A stretch of 64,000 nucleotides of DNA. Origin: an uncultured Chloroflexia bacterium (GTDB taxonomy: Bacteria > Chloroflexota > Limnocylindria > Limnocylindrales > CSP1-4). Location of the stretch: NCBI GenBank assembly GCA_963790915.1, contig CAWBQS010000003.1, positions 552,471 through 616,470 of the forward strand, written 5' to 3'. The notes under the pieces were generated by a model. That model searched no databases, was not told the DNA's origin, and worked only from the letters and a program-made list of their open reading frames with translations. The position numbers and the translations under genes are program-made. Of the stretch, positions 36,328-46,407 are shown piece by piece. Position 1 is the stretch's first letter, and each line of letters opens with the position of its first letter.

Positions 36328-37062
36328 TCAGGCTCGCCGCCGCAGGGTCGCGTAGCTCAGGGCGACAGAAGCGACGCACCAGGCCGCCAGCATGACGAAG
36401 GGGCCAAGGGCCAGGGGGAAGACGTCCGAGGCCAGGGCGCCACGGATGACTTCGCCCATGGCCTGGATGGGCAGCACGGAATGGACGGTCTGCAGCCACG
36501 CCGGCATGCGGCTGGCGGGGAAGTCGATGGGAGAGAAGATGAACACGGCGAAGACCATCACCTGGCTCACGAGCATCGCGATCATGGGCGGCAGGACGCT
36601 GGCCATGGCGTAGCCGAGGGCCGCGCACGTGACGGCCACGAGCAGCACGGCCGGGATGATCGCCGGGCTCACCACCAGCTGCAGGCCCAGTGCCCAGGCG
36701 CCCACGACGACGGCGAAGACCACGCCGGGCAGCACCATGACCATCCAGACGGTAAGGTCGGCGGCCAGGAAGACGAGTCGCGGCACCGGCAGGCTGCGCA
36801 TGTAGTCCAGGGAACCCTCGGTCTTCGCCTGGCTAACGACCTGTGGCAGCGCAACGAGCCCCATGGTGATGATCGTGATCGCCGGCGCGCCCGTGGCCAG
36901 GAACAGCGCCGAGGTGCGGTCAAGCTCCGGGAACAGGAGGGGGTACCCGACGACGATCCCAAAGGCGAAGAGCGTCTGGATGACGGCCGCGAGGGGAAGG
37001 AACGTCTTGAGGCGCAGGGCCTGCCAACGGATGAGCAGGGTGTAGCTATGCAGCGTGCGCAC
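36328..37062 (-). CDS. ABC-2 type exporter permease
   Basis: GTG 37062 with GGAGG upstream. Six hydrophobic helices. 17-nt overlap with the ATPase gene. Confidence 0.75.
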   Translation of the reverse strand: MRTLHSYTLLIRWQALRLKTFLPLAAVIQTLFAFGIVVGYPLLFPELDRTSALFLATGAPAITIITMGLVALPQVVSQAKTEGSLDYMRSLPVPRLVFLAADLTVWMVMVLPGVVFAVVVGAWALGLQLVVSPAIIPAVLLVAVTCAALGYAMASVLPPMIAMLVSQVMVFAVFIFSPIDFPASRMPAWLQTVHSVLPIQAMGEVIRGALASDVFPLALGPFVMLAAWCVASVALSYATLRRRA

Positions 37063-38125
37063 GGGGAACCTCCGGCTGTTCGGGACGGGCGCCGTGCTCG
37101 GCACGGGCGGCCTGTTCGAGCCGCGTTGGGCCCATCGTCGTGGGCGCTGGGCGGACGCCGTCCGCATGCGAGCCGGGCGATGACGCCGGCTCGACTGATG
37201 GGTCTGACAGCAGCTCCACGTACAGATCCTCCAGCGAGACGGGGGTAAGAGCGAACTCCCCGATGCGCTTCTCCGCGCGCAATCGCAGGGCCCAGGTCAC
37301 GGCAGCCGCAGCCTGTGCACCGGGCACGATGGCCAGCGCATGCGGTCCGTTGAGCAGGTACCGCGTGGCGAAGGCCGGTGCGGGCGGGGCATCGGATGCC
37401 GGCTCCAGGGACAGGTCCAGCCGAAGCCCCTGGTCCACGCCGGCCTTCAGCTGTGTCGGTGAGCCCTCAGCCACCACGCGTCCCCGATCGAGGATGGCCA
37501 GGCGATCCACGGCGCGCTCGGCCTCGTTCACGTTGTGGGTCACGAGCAGCACGGCGGAGCCTCCGTCCGCGAGGCCACGGACGGCGGACCAGAGAAGGCG
37601 GCGGCGCACCGGGTCGACATCGTTGGTCGGCTCGTCCAGGACGACGACCCGGCCGGGTACCACGGCCGCCATGGCGAAGGAGACGAGACGCTTGACGCCG
37701 CCCGAAAGGCGTTCGCCGTCGGTGTCCAGCCACTCCCCGATGTCCAGCGTGTCCACGAGCTGCTGGCGGCGCTGGCGCACGCTGTCGGCCCCGCCGCCGC
37801 GGAGCTGGCCCACCAGGTCGATGGCCTGGCGCGGTGTCAGACCGTTGATCGGCAACTGCGCCTGCGGCTGAAGGGAGCAGGCCTGACGAGCGTACCCGGG
37901 GTCTGCGACAGCATCTCGACCATCGATAGCGATGCTCCCCCCATCGGGGCGGAGCAGGCCGACGACCTGGTTCACCAGCGTCGTCTTGCCGGCGCCGTTG
38001 TGCCCCAGCAGGCCGTAGACCTCACCCGCCTCCAGACCGAGGGTGATGCCATCGTTGGCCGGGGGACCTCCCCGATGGAGTCGCCGTCGATACGTCTTGG
38101 TCAGGCCGTGGATGTCGAGCAGCAT
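37046..38125 (-). CDS. ABC exporter ATP-binding protein (DrrA/CcmA-like) with C-terminal extension
   Basis: ATG 38125. Walker A GHNGAGKTT, signature LSGGVKR, Walker B VVVLDEPTNDVD, H-loop VTHNV. Confidence 0.88.
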   Translation of the reverse strand: MLLDIHGLTKTYRRRLHRGGPPANDGITLGLEAGEVYGLLGHNGAGKTTLVNQVVGLLRPDGGSIAIDGRDAVADPGYARQACSLQPQAQLPINGLTPRQAIDLVGQLRGGGADSVRQRRQQLVDTLDIGEWLDTDGERLSGGVKRLVSFAMAAVVPGRVVVLDEPTNDVDPVRRRLLWSAVRGLADGGSAVLLVTHNVNEAERAVDRLAILDRGRVVAEGSPTQLKAGVDQGLRLDLSLEPASDAPPAPAFATRYLLNGPHALAIVPGAQAAAAVTWALRLRAEKRIGEFALTPVSLEDLYVELLSDPSVEPASSPGSHADGVRPAPTTMGPTRLEQAARAEHGARPEQPEVPRAHAA

Positions 38126-38169
38126 GGGTCCCCTCTGGCTGGCGCGCCGGACGTCCCGACGGCTATCGC

Positions 38170-38220
38170 GATACCGGAGAGTATCCATATGCTGCTGAGC
38201 ATGTCAATACTGTGTCGTAT
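38170..38220. promoter_or_regulatory. Two ATAC-N6-GTAT inverted repeats in the AT-richer divergent region (candidate TetR operators)
   Basis: GATACCGGAGAGTATC at 38170-38185 and ATACTGTGTCGTAT at 38207-38220, between the ABC ATPase start (38125) and the TetR start (38248). Confidence 0.4.
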
Positions 38221-38247
38221 CGCCGTACTTGAAGGTATGCTTGCGCC

Positions 38248-39120
38248 ATGACACCACCGCGCCGGCCGGCCGACGATTCACTGCGCGCGGCTGCCGCGGA
38301 CCTCCGAGAGGATCTGGGGGCTGCCGCAGACGAGGTTCGCCACGAGGCCAGGGTCGCAGCCGGGGAGCTGCAGGCTGAGCTCGCAGCGGCCCGCCGCGAG
38401 ACCCGCGCCGCCCTGCGCGAGGCGATGGCGGAGGTCGGCGCCGCCCTGCGCGGCATCACCGGCTCGGCCACCTCGCCCGAATCGGCCTCGGCCGCGGGAC
38501 CGCGCATGTCTCGCAGGGAACGCAAGGAGCTGACGCGCGAGCTGCTGCTCGACGCGGCCATCGAGGTCTTCGCGCGGAAGGGCTACAACGGTGCCTCGCT
38601 CGATGACGTGGCCGACGCGGCCGGTTTCACCAAGGGCGCCGTCTACTCGAACTTCAGCCGCAAGTCGGACCTCTTCGTGGCGCTGCTCTTGCGAGAGACG
38701 GCACGGCGCCAGGAGGCGCTCAGCGAGGCCGTCGCGGGGCGGCCGTTGACCGAGCTGCCGGAGACGGGCGGCCGCTGGCTCGAGCACCGGGAAGAGGATG
38801 ACCGCGACGTCGACCTCTTCACGATGGAGTCCTGGCTGGCCGCAGCGCGCGATCCGGATATCGCGGCACTGCTGCGCCACTCGCGGCATACGGTCCTCGA
38901 TGACCTCGGTCGCGGGGTGGACGAGCAGGTCGCGGCAGCCGCGGCGAGACCCGGGCTGTCCGGCAGCGAGATCGTGCTGCTGCTCGAGGCTCTCGGGACG
39001 GGACTGCTCATGGCACAGGCCCTCGAGCCTGGCGTGGTGCCAGCCACCCTGTTCTCCAGGGCCATCCGCAAGCTGCTGGCGGACGAGTACGATGCCGGAC
39101 CGACCGAGCCGCGGGGCTGA
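38248..39120 (+). CDS. TetR-family regulator with an 85-aa Ala/Glu/Arg-rich N-terminal extension
   Basis: HTH LLDAAIEVFARKGYNGASLDDVADAAGFTKGAVYSNFSRK. Divergent from the ABC-2 exporter. An alternative start is the ATG of MSRRERKEL. Confidence 0.85.
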   Translation: MTPPRRPADDSLRAAAADLREDLGAAADEVRHEARVAAGELQAELAAARRETRAALREAMAEVGAALRGITGSATSPESASAAGPRMSRRERKELTRELLLDAAIEVFARKGYNGASLDDVADAAGFTKGAVYSNFSRKSDLFVALLLRETARRQEALSEAVAGRPLTELPETGGRWLEHREEDDRDVDLFTMESWLAAARDPDIAALLRHSRHTVLDDLGRGVDEQVAAAAARPGLSGSEIVLLLEALGTGLLMAQALEPGVVPATLFSRAIRKLLADEYDAGPTEPRG

Positions 39121-39132
39121 GGTGCCGCGGGG

Positions 39133-39795
39133 TTAGGAGCTGGGGCTGGCCTCGGCCGAAGGGTCGGTCGATCGGCCAGACGCCTGCATCTCCGGGTAGG
39201 CGGGCACCGCCAGGATGCCCATGGCGTCCAGCGGGAAGAAGCGCAGCCAGGCGCGGCCGACCACGTCGTGGGCGTCCACGAGCCCGACGCTGGAGCGGCG
39301 CGAGTCGGTCGAGCCGCCTCGGTGGTCGCCCAGCACGAACAGGGAGCCCTCAGGGACGTCCCATTCGGTGACTCCGCCGGTCGGCTCGGTGGGCTGGTTC
39401 TCGCCGGTGAGCGGATCGACGTACGTATAGGCGTCCTCGTCCAGACGAACGCCGTCCACCCAGACGGCGCCACGTTTGAGTTCGACGTGTTCGCCGCCTA
39501 CGGCGATGACGCGCTTGATGAAGGGGGTCTCGCTCGTCTCGCCGTTGGGGTGGAAGACGATGATGTCACCGCGAGAGTAGCTGTCGAAGCGGGGCGTGAG
39601 CTTGTCGATGAGGAGGTGCTGGCCGGGCTGCAGCGTGTCGATCATCGACTGCTGCTCGACGCGGAAGGTCTGAACGACGAAGGTCGTGATGACGAGGTAC
39701 AGGACGATGGCGAGACCGACGGTGGTGACGATCTCGATGAGGGCATCCACGGCCCGTGAGCGCTTGCGCGGCGACTCAGCGACCTCCGGGGACAT
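39133..39795 (-). CDS. lepB: Signal peptidase I
   Basis: ATG 39795 (ORF track start 39822 is TTG). TM anchor, catalytic Ser box VEQQSMIDTL, RGDIIVF, Lys box IKRVIAVGGE, GDHRGGSTDSR. Confidence 0.9.
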   Translation of the reverse strand: MSPEVAESPRKRSRAVDALIEIVTTVGLAIVLYLVITTFVVQTFRVEQQSMIDTLQPGQHLLIDKLTPRFDSYSRGDIIVFHPNGETSETPFIKRVIAVGGEHVELKRGAVWVDGVRLDEDAYTYVDPLTGENQPTEPTGGVTEWDVPEGSLFVLGDHRGGSTDSRRSSVGLVDAHDVVGRAWLRFFPLDAMGILAVPAYPEMQASGRSTDPSAEASPSS

Positions 39796-40007
39796 GGCAA
39801 AGGGTCCGGGCGTGCCCGTCAAGCGTTCACCTCAGGGTGTTCGGCAGGAGCCGTGATGGATATCCGGCTCCAAGGGTAGCAATTCTCCGCTGGCCTGCTC
39901 AGGCGGGTCGCCAGCGAGGCGGCCGGCGGGGGATGGCGGATGCTGTCCGGACTAAACTGGTCCAGTCGCTGCCCAAGCGATCCGTGCCGCACACTTGGAG
40001 GGAGATC

Positions 40008-40382
40008 ATGGTCAAGGAGTTCCGAGAATTCCTGCTTCGCGGGAGTATCGTCGACCTGGCAGTCGCGGTCGTCATCGGCGCCGCCTTCGGGGCCATCGTC
40101 ACGTCCCTGGTCACCGACATCATCACACCGCTCCTGGGTCTCCTTGGCCTGCCCGACTTCTCGACGTGGGTCATCCAGGTGGGCGATGCGGAGATGCGCA
40201 TCGGCGCCTTCCTGAACACGCTCATCAGCTTCGTGACCATCGCGGCCGCCATCTTCTTCCTGGTCGTCAAGCCCATGAACCGCCTGATGCCGAAGAAGGA
40301 AGAGGCTCCAGCCGGCCCATCCGAGGTCGATCTGCTCACCCAGATCCGCGACGAGCTGCGCAAGGGCGCGCCCTCAGCCTAG
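40008..40382 (+). CDS. mscL: Large-conductance mechanosensitive channel
   Basis: RBS GGAGGGAG. MVKEFREFLLRGSIVDLAVAVVIGAAFGAIV is the canonical MscL TM1. Confidence 0.93.
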   Translation: MVKEFREFLLRGSIVDLAVAVVIGAAFGAIVTSLVTDIITPLLGLLGLPDFSTWVIQVGDAEMRIGAFLNTLISFVTIAAAIFFLVVKPMNRLMPKKEEAPAGPSEVDLLTQIRDELRKGAPSA

Positions 40383-40394
40383 GCTCGCGTCGTC

Positions 40395-40421
40395 GTCGGG
40401 CCGCTGTGGTGGCGGCCCGAC
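40395..40421. terminator. GC-rich hairpin between convergent mscL and rplY
   Basis: GTCGGGCCGC-tgtggtg-GCGGCCCGAC, a 10-bp perfect stem, 13 nt after the mscL stop. Confidence 0.45.
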
Positions 40422-40533
40422 CTGACGACCAGCAGGTCCCCGGTCACGTGGCGGACCCTGGGCGGCGCTGACCCTCGACGGGGCGTCGTATCGCCTGGGA
40501 TCCCCAGCCGCCTGCGCAGCGACAGCAGCCGCC

Positions 40534-41175
40534 TTACTCGGCGCTGGTCTCCGACGCGGGCTGGCCGGCCTCGGCCGTAGCCGCAGTCTCGACGGCGGCC
40601 ACATGGTCCTCGTCGACGCGCGGATGCTGCACACGAGCCAGTGGCTCGTCGGGATCGGTGACCACGGTGACGCCCGCGGGAACGACGAGGTCGCGCACAT
40701 GCAGGAGCGCCTCGAAGTCGGTCAGCGGCGTGATGTCCAGCTCCAGCGCGGAGGGCAGGTCCGCCGGCAGGGCGCGCACGGCGATGTACTCGCGAAGGTG
40801 CAGCAGCGTGCCGCCCAGGCGTTCGACGGCGTACGACTCCCCGACCACGTTGACCGCGACGTCCATGCTGAGCTCCTCCTTCATCTTGACGATGAAGAAG
40901 TCCACGTGGATGGGCTGGCGCTTGACGGGGTGCTCGTGCACGCCGTACAGGAGCACCGGCACGGCCTTGCCCCCTCCGACCTTGAGATCGACGAGCGAGT
41001 TGCGCGTCAGGGTGCGCAGGACCTCGTCGAAGGCTCGCGCCTCCAACTGGATGGACTGCGACCTGTGGCCATGTCCGTAGACGACGGCGGGCAGGTATCC
41101 CTGGCGGCGCAGCGCGTTCAGCTGCTTGCCGTGAGCCTCACGGGGCTCGGCGACGACGACGGGGCGGGTGCTCAC
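40534..41175 (-). CDS. rplY: 50S ribosomal protein L25 / general stress protein Ctc (long form)
   Basis: GTG 41175. HGKQLNALRRQGYLPAVVYGHG and HPVKRQPIHVDF motifs. Acidic C-terminal tail. Confidence 0.88.
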   Translation of the reverse strand: MSTRPVVVAEPREAHGKQLNALRRQGYLPAVVYGHGHRSQSIQLEARAFDEVLRTLTRNSLVDLKVGGGKAVPVLLYGVHEHPVKRQPIHVDFFIVKMKEELSMDVAVNVVGESYAVERLGGTLLHLREYIAVRALPADLPSALELDITPLTDFEALLHVRDLVVPAGVTVVTDPDEPLARVQHPRVDEDHVAAVETAATAEAGQPASETSAE

Positions 41176-41284
41176 TGGGTGACCTCTCGAGAAGCGATGC
41201 GCGGCCTGCGCGGCCTGCGCGCACGGGCTGCGATGGTAGCACGGGCAGGCCGCTCGACGGCTCCGATGTACCATCGGTGCCCAG

Positions 41285-41983
41285 ATGTCAGCCACCATCC
41301 TCATCGTCGATGACGAGTACGCGGTCGCCCGCGGCATCCAGTACGCCCTCGAGCAGGAGGGCTACCAGGTCAGCGTGGCCGGCAGCGGCGAGGAAGCCTT
41401 GGCGTTGGCCACGGACCTGGCTCCGGATCTCGTGGTCCTTGACGTGCGCATGCCGGGCATGGACGGCTTCGAGACGCTCCGCCGCCTCCGCGCCGAGGGC
41501 TCCAAGGCACCCGTGTTGATGCTCACGGCCCGCGACGAGGAGATGGACAAGGTCATCGGCCTGGAGATGGGCGCCGACGACTACATGACCAAGCCGTTCG
41601 GCCTGCGGGAGCTGCTCAGTCGCATCAAGGCGCTGCTGCGCCGGGCGTACGGGGACCTCGCGGATGCCACTGGCGGACGCCTGATCCGCCACCGCGACCT
41701 CGTCATCGACCTGGACCGGCGGCGCGTCCAGCGTGGCGACAGGCGCATCGGCCTGACGGCCACGGAGTTCGAGCTGCTGCGGCACCTGGCTTCGCGCCCC
41801 GGCCGCGTCTTCTCCCGCCGCGAGCTCCTGGAGCTGGTGCGCGACTACGAGGCCCTCGACCAGGACGAGAAGACCATCAACGTCCACATCAGCCACCTGC
41901 GCGAGAAGCTCGAGGACGACCCGGTCGATCCGACCTTCATCCTGACCGTCCGCGGCGCCGGCTACGCCTTCGCCGAGCGCTGA
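41285..41983 (+). CDS. OmpR/PhoB-family response regulator
   Basis: ILIVDDE, phospho-acceptor context LVVLDVRMPGMDG, MTKPF. Winged-helix C-terminus LTATEFELLRHL...VRGAGYAF. Confidence 0.92.
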   Translation: MSATILIVDDEYAVARGIQYALEQEGYQVSVAGSGEEALALATDLAPDLVVLDVRMPGMDGFETLRRLRAEGSKAPVLMLTARDEEMDKVIGLEMGADDYMTKPFGLRELLSRIKALLRRAYGDLADATGGRLIRHRDLVIDLDRRRVQRGDRRIGLTATEFELLRHLASRPGRVFSRRELLELVRDYEALDQDEKTINVHISHLREKLEDDPVDPTFILTVRGAGYAFAER

Positions 41984-42017
41984 GCGGCGGCCGGCGCGGC
42001 AGGCTGGGCAGGAGCGC

Positions 42018-43568
42018 ATGACCGGCGCGACGAACGCCAGCGGGCAGCCTGGCTGGCGGTCGCTCGTCAGCAGCTACCGGGCACGCCTCTTCATGGCCAT
42101 CATCCTCGTCGTGGCCGTGGCCCTCGGGCTCGTGCTCGTCTCGCTGCCCCGGCTGCTGGAGGGCTTCTTCCTGGACCAGGAAGAAGCCAACCTGCGCACC
42201 CGGGCGGACGCCGTCGCGACGCTGCTGGCCGACGAGCTGTCGGTCGTCTCCGGGGCCGGGGCGCGGCCCATCCTGCTGCCCGATGAGCCCGGCGTCTCGA
42301 CGACGCTGGCACTGGGAACGGCAGAGCGCGGCAAGGTCCGTGAGCTGACCGATGAGATCGCCCGCGCGGATGTCACCGTGACGCTCGCTCAGCAGATAGG
42401 CAGCCAGCCCGCCTGGGCGCTTGCCGTCGCCTATCCGGACCAGGCCGGCCGCGATGGCCAGAACCGCGAGCCCGGCCTCTCGGCGCGTGCCATCGCCACG
42501 GTCAAGGACCTCTGGTACTCGGCCGGGGCACCGCCCGAGCGCGAGGTCGCGGTCACGCTCAGCAACCCGTACACGTCCCGCGAGCAGACGACCCGCACCA
42601 TCACCGAGGTGCTCGTCAACGCGGCCGTGGTGGCGCTCGTCGTGGCGCTCATCGTGGCCCTCCTGCTGGCGCAGTGGCTGGCGCGTCCGCTGCGCCGGCT
42701 CACGCAGACCTCCCGCCTGCTCGCAGAGGGCCACCTCGACGCTCGCGTCTCCATCCCGTCCAACTCGCCGCCGGAGGTCGAGGAGCTGGCGGGCGCCTTC
42801 AACGAGATGGCCGCGCGACTGCAGGACTCGGTGACCATCATCAGCGAGGACCGCGACCGCAGCCGGGACTTCGTGGCGGACGTCAGCCACGAGCTGCGCA
42901 CCCCCATCGCGGCGCTGCGCACCTTCAACGAGCTCCTGCTGGAGGGTGCCGCGGAGCAGCCCGACACGCGCGAGGAGTTCCTGCGCGGCAGCCGCCAGCA
43001 GATCGAGCGCCTCGACTGGCTGGCCGCCAATCTGCTCGAGCTCTCCAAGCTCGATTCCGGGCTGGTCGCCCTGCAGCTGCGTGACGGCGACCTGCGCAGC
43101 GTGGCCGAGGACGCCGTCGAGCACGCGGCGCCGATGGCCGACCGCAAGGACATCAGCCTGGTCGTCCACGTGCCGCATGAGCCGATCCTCCAGCCGCACG
43201 ACCCGCCTCGCCTGGGGCAGGTGCTGGGCAATCTCATCGGCAACGCCATCAAGTTCACTCCCGGCGGTGGCCACGTCGACGTCAGCGTGGAGCCCACGCC
43301 GGATGGGGCACGCTTCACGGTGCGCGACGACGGCGTGGGCATCGACCCTGCGGAGCTCGAGCACGTCTTCGACCGATTCTACCGGGGCACGCGCCGTCCA
43401 CAGGAGCGTGCGGGTGGCTCCGGCCTGGGTCTTGCCATCGCCCGTTCCATCGTGGACATGCACCACGGTCGGGTGGCCATTTCCAGCACCCCGGACGTGG
43501 GCACAGAGGTCGTGGTGACGCTGCCCCGCCAGATGTCAAAATCTTCATCCGCCGGCGCTCGCTCGTGA
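42018..43568 (+). CDS. Sensor histidine kinase (HAMP + HisKA + HATPase_c)
   Basis: Two TM helices, HAMP, H-box SHELRTPIAAL, N-box GNAIKFTP, G-boxes RDDGVGI and GSGLGLAIA. Confidence 0.92.
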   Translation: MTGATNASGQPGWRSLVSSYRARLFMAIILVVAVALGLVLVSLPRLLEGFFLDQEEANLRTRADAVATLLADELSVVSGAGARPILLPDEPGVSTTLALGTAERGKVRELTDEIARADVTVTLAQQIGSQPAWALAVAYPDQAGRDGQNREPGLSARAIATVKDLWYSAGAPPEREVAVTLSNPYTSREQTTRTITEVLVNAAVVALVVALIVALLLAQWLARPLRRLTQTSRLLAEGHLDARVSIPSNSPPEVEELAGAFNEMAARLQDSVTIISEDRDRSRDFVADVSHELRTPIAALRTFNELLLEGAAEQPDTREEFLRGSRQQIERLDWLAANLLELSKLDSGLVALQLRDGDLRSVAEDAVEHAAPMADRKDISLVVHVPHEPILQPHDPPRLGQVLGNLIGNAIKFTPGGGHVDVSVEPTPDGARFTVRDDGVGIDPAELEHVFDRFYRGTRRPQERAGGSGLGLAIARSIVDMHHGRVAISSTPDVGTEVVVTLPRQMSKSSSAGARS

Positions 43569-43630
43569 ACCATCCGTGGGTTAGGGTCTGAACTCCCCGC
43601 TAGCACGCTCGATCGGAGAACCTGCCCCGG

Positions 43631-45019
43631 ATGGCCGACCGGCCGGAGGCTGACACCGCCAGTCAGCCCGCCTCGTATAGTCCCCCGCCCCATCGACGCC
43701 CGGAATGGCTCGCGCGCGGCTGGGGTCAGCCCGGCGCAGGGTCGACTCCCGGAGCCCAGGCCAGTCGGCCGCCAGGCATCTCGACGCCCGCGGAGTGGCC
43801 GGCGGCGGGTACGACGACCCCCGGCCCGACTGGTCGCCCCGCCGCCACGGGCGGCGGCCAGGCAGTGGCTGGCCCGCGGCAGGGCCGCGTGTGGGCCTCG
43901 GCGGCCATCGCGCTGGCGGCAGCGCTGCTGGCCTCGTTGGGGACCTACGCGCTCCTGGCCACCACCGGGCAGCTTGCCCGGCAGCCCGGCACAGCGCCTG
44001 CGGTCACCGGCGCAAGCCGGGCGGCCTCGGGGGACCCGGATGTCGTGCGCGTGGTCGAGGAGAGCGCCGTGACCAACGCCGTGGACAAGGTCAGCCCGGC
44101 CGTCGTGACCATCATGGCGTGGGTCGGCGAGGGTGAGAATGCCTACACGGAGGGCGTCGGCTCCGGCGTCATCTTCGACCCGGCCGGCTGGGTGGTCACC
44201 AACCGTCACGTCGTCTGTGATGCGGACAGCCTCTCCGTGCAGCTTGAGGACGGGCAGCGATACGACGGCGAGGTGGTCGGCCTGGACACCCTGACGGACC
44301 TCGCCATCGTCAAGATCGAGGGCAAGGATCTGCCGGCCGTCTCGCTGGGCAACTCCAGCACGCTGAAGGTCGGCCAGCACGCCATCGCCATCGGCAGCCC
44401 GCTGGGCACGTTCACCAACTCGGTGACCACGGGCGTCGTGAGCGCCATGGGGCGTCGCATCGACGTCGAGGACGAATGCAGCGCCAGCGGACAGCTGGAG
44501 TCGCTGCGGGACCTCATCCAGACGGACGCGGCCATCAACCCTGGCAACAGCGGCGGCGCCCTCGTGGACGCAGACGGGGACCTCATCGGCATCAACACGG
44601 CCATCGCCGGGGACGCCCAGGGCATCGGCTTCGCCATCCCCATCAACCTCGCCCAGCCGATCATGCAGCAGGCCCTGGAGGGGGAGACCCTGAGCCGACC
44701 CTGGATCGGGATCTGGTACACGGCCCTGACGCCGGTGGAGCAGGACCAGCGCGGCCTGCTGCTGGGCTACGGCGCCCTCATCGAGCCACCTGAGGGGATC
44801 TCCGGGAGCGCCGTCATGGTGGGTAGCCCGGCGGACCTCGCTGGCCTCCAGGACGGTGACATCATCACGCACGTGGACGGGACACGGGTGGACGGGGACA
44901 ACCCACTGGACGCCATCCTCACCCAGTACAGGCCCGATGAGACGGTCACATTGCGCGTGCTGCGTGACGAGGAGCTCCTGGACCTGTCCCTGGTCCTGGG
45001 CGTCCGCCCCGCCAGCTGA
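43631..45019 (+). CDS. HtrA/DegP-family serine protease with PDZ domain (arrangement resembles mprA-mprB-pepD)
   Basis: TM anchor, then triad contexts VVTNRHVV, TDLAIVKI, NPGNSGGALVD. C-terminal PDZ (GDIITHVDG). Confidence 0.9.
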   Translation: MADRPEADTASQPASYSPPPHRRPEWLARGWGQPGAGSTPGAQASRPPGISTPAEWPAAGTTTPGPTGRPAATGGGQAVAGPRQGRVWASAAIALAAALLASLGTYALLATTGQLARQPGTAPAVTGASRAASGDPDVVRVVEESAVTNAVDKVSPAVVTIMAWVGEGENAYTEGVGSGVIFDPAGWVVTNRHVVCDADSLSVQLEDGQRYDGEVVGLDTLTDLAIVKIEGKDLPAVSLGNSSTLKVGQHAIAIGSPLGTFTNSVTTGVVSAMGRRIDVEDECSASGQLESLRDLIQTDAAINPGNSGGALVDADGDLIGINTAIAGDAQGIGFAIPINLAQPIMQQALEGETLSRPWIGIWYTALTPVEQDQRGLLLGYGALIEPPEGISGSAVMVGSPADLAGLQDGDIITHVDGTRVDGDNPLDAILTQYRPDETVTLRVLRDEELLDLSLVLGVRPAS

Positions 45020-45066
45020 ACAGCACGCTCAGGCGCGGCCGTCGGGCCATCGGTGTGGTCCCACCA

Positions 45067-45453
45067 TCAGGCGCGTCGCCCTGGCAGGCTTCGGCGACGC
45101 TCGCGGCGCAACTCCACCTGTGCGTGGTCCAGGTCAGCATCGAGGGGTACGGCCAGCTTCCTCACCCTGACCGTCACGGCATGCGCCGCCGGCGCAGCGG
45201 CGAGCGCACTGTTGACGATGGCACCCGACAGGCCCTCCAGCAGGTTGAAGGCCCCTCCTTCCACCGTCGCGATCACCAGTGACACGAGGGGCTCGTAGTC
45301 GATGGTGTCGGCCAGGGTGTCCGAAGCCGCTGCCGCGCTGAGATCCGCCTCAACCTCCAGGTCCACTTCCACGAGCTGCGGAAGGACTCGCTCCTCCGCG
45401 CTGGCGCCCAGGCGCCCTTCGCAGCGGATGGCGCTGAGGATGATGCGGTCCAT
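45067..45453 (-). CDS. folB: Dihydroneopterin aldolase
   Basis: 128 aa. LGASAEERVLPQLVEVDLEVEADL..DTIDYEPL is the FolB pattern. Follows folP. Confidence 0.85.
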   Translation of the reverse strand: MDRIILSAIRCEGRLGASAEERVLPQLVEVDLEVEADLSAAAASDTLADTIDYEPLVSLVIATVEGGAFNLLEGLSGAIVNSALAAAPAAHAVTVRVRKLAVPLDADLDHAQVELRRERRRSLPGRRA

Positions 45454-45465
45454 GACGTTCCCCTC

Positions 45466-46407
45466 CTAGCTCCCCGGGTCCTGCCAGCCGCCCCGGACGA
45501 TGGCATCGCTCATGCGCGCGACGCGAACATTGGCGGCCACGTCATGCACGCGCACGATGTCCACGTGGGCTGCGACACCCAGGGCCGTGGCTGCCAGCGT
45601 ACCCTCCAGCCGTTCCTCCACGGGCAGGCCCAGCACCTTGCCGATCGTGGACTTGCGGCTGACGCCCAGCAGCACGGGACGGCCCAGCGTGCGCAGCTCG
45701 GCCAAGCCGGCCAGCAACCGCAGGTTCTGCTCAGCGGTCTTGCCGAAGCCGATACCCGGATCGACGATGAGTCGCTCACGGGCGCAGCCGGCGGCGACGG
45801 CGCGCTCCACGGCCTCACCGAGGTCGGCGAGCACCTCGCCGACGACGTCCTCGTAGACCGGCTGCGCCCGGCTGTGCATGAGGATGTACGGGGCGTCGTG
45901 AGCGGCTGCCACGCTGGCAAGTGCGCCCGCTGACATGACCGCGGTGACGTCGTTGATGATGTCCGCGCCGGCCGCCAGTGCCGCCTCGGCGACCGCCGTC
46001 TTGCCCGTGTCGATGCTGATGGCCACAGCCGGCAGCCGCCCCCGGATCGCCCGCACCACCTGCTCCATGCGGGCCAGCTCCTCCGCCTCGCTGACGGGAG
46101 CGTGACCGGGTCGGGTCGACTCGCCGCCGATGTCCAGGAGATCAGCGCCCTCGGCCACCATGCGCTCGGCCGTCGCGACGGCCGTTCCCACGGTCGTGCC
46201 CGGGAACGAGATCGCGTCGCTGTCCCGGGGCTGCAGCAGCCCGTCCCCACTGAACGAATCGGGGGTGATGTTGAGGATGCCCATGACGTAGGTGCGCTCC
46301 CCGAAGCGCATCTCCAGTCCACGCACACGCAACCGGGGAGGCGCCTGGTCCGCTCGCGGCGCCGCGGCCGCAGCCCCGGGGTCGGGTCGCGGTCGCTCAG
46401 CCGGCAT
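45466..46407 (-). CDS. folP: Dihydropteroate synthase
   Basis: VMGILNITPDSFSGDG, DIGGESTRPG, INDV, GFGK motifs. Start is ambiguous: ATG 46407 overlaps the folC end by 11 nt, and ATG 46311 is the alternative. Confidence 0.88.
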   Translation of the reverse strand: MPAERPRPDPGAAAAAPRADQAPPRLRVRGLEMRFGERTYVMGILNITPDSFSGDGLLQPRDSDAISFPGTTVGTAVATAERMVAEGADLLDIGGESTRPGHAPVSEAEELARMEQVVRAIRGRLPAVAISIDTGKTAVAEAALAAGADIINDVTAVMSAGALASVAAAHDAPYILMHSRAQPVYEDVVGEVLADLGEAVERAVAAGCARERLIVDPGIGFGKTAEQNLRLLAGLAELRTLGRPVLLGVSRKSTIGKVLGLPVEERLEGTLAATALGVAAHVDIVRVHDVAANVRVARMSDAIVRGGWQDPGS

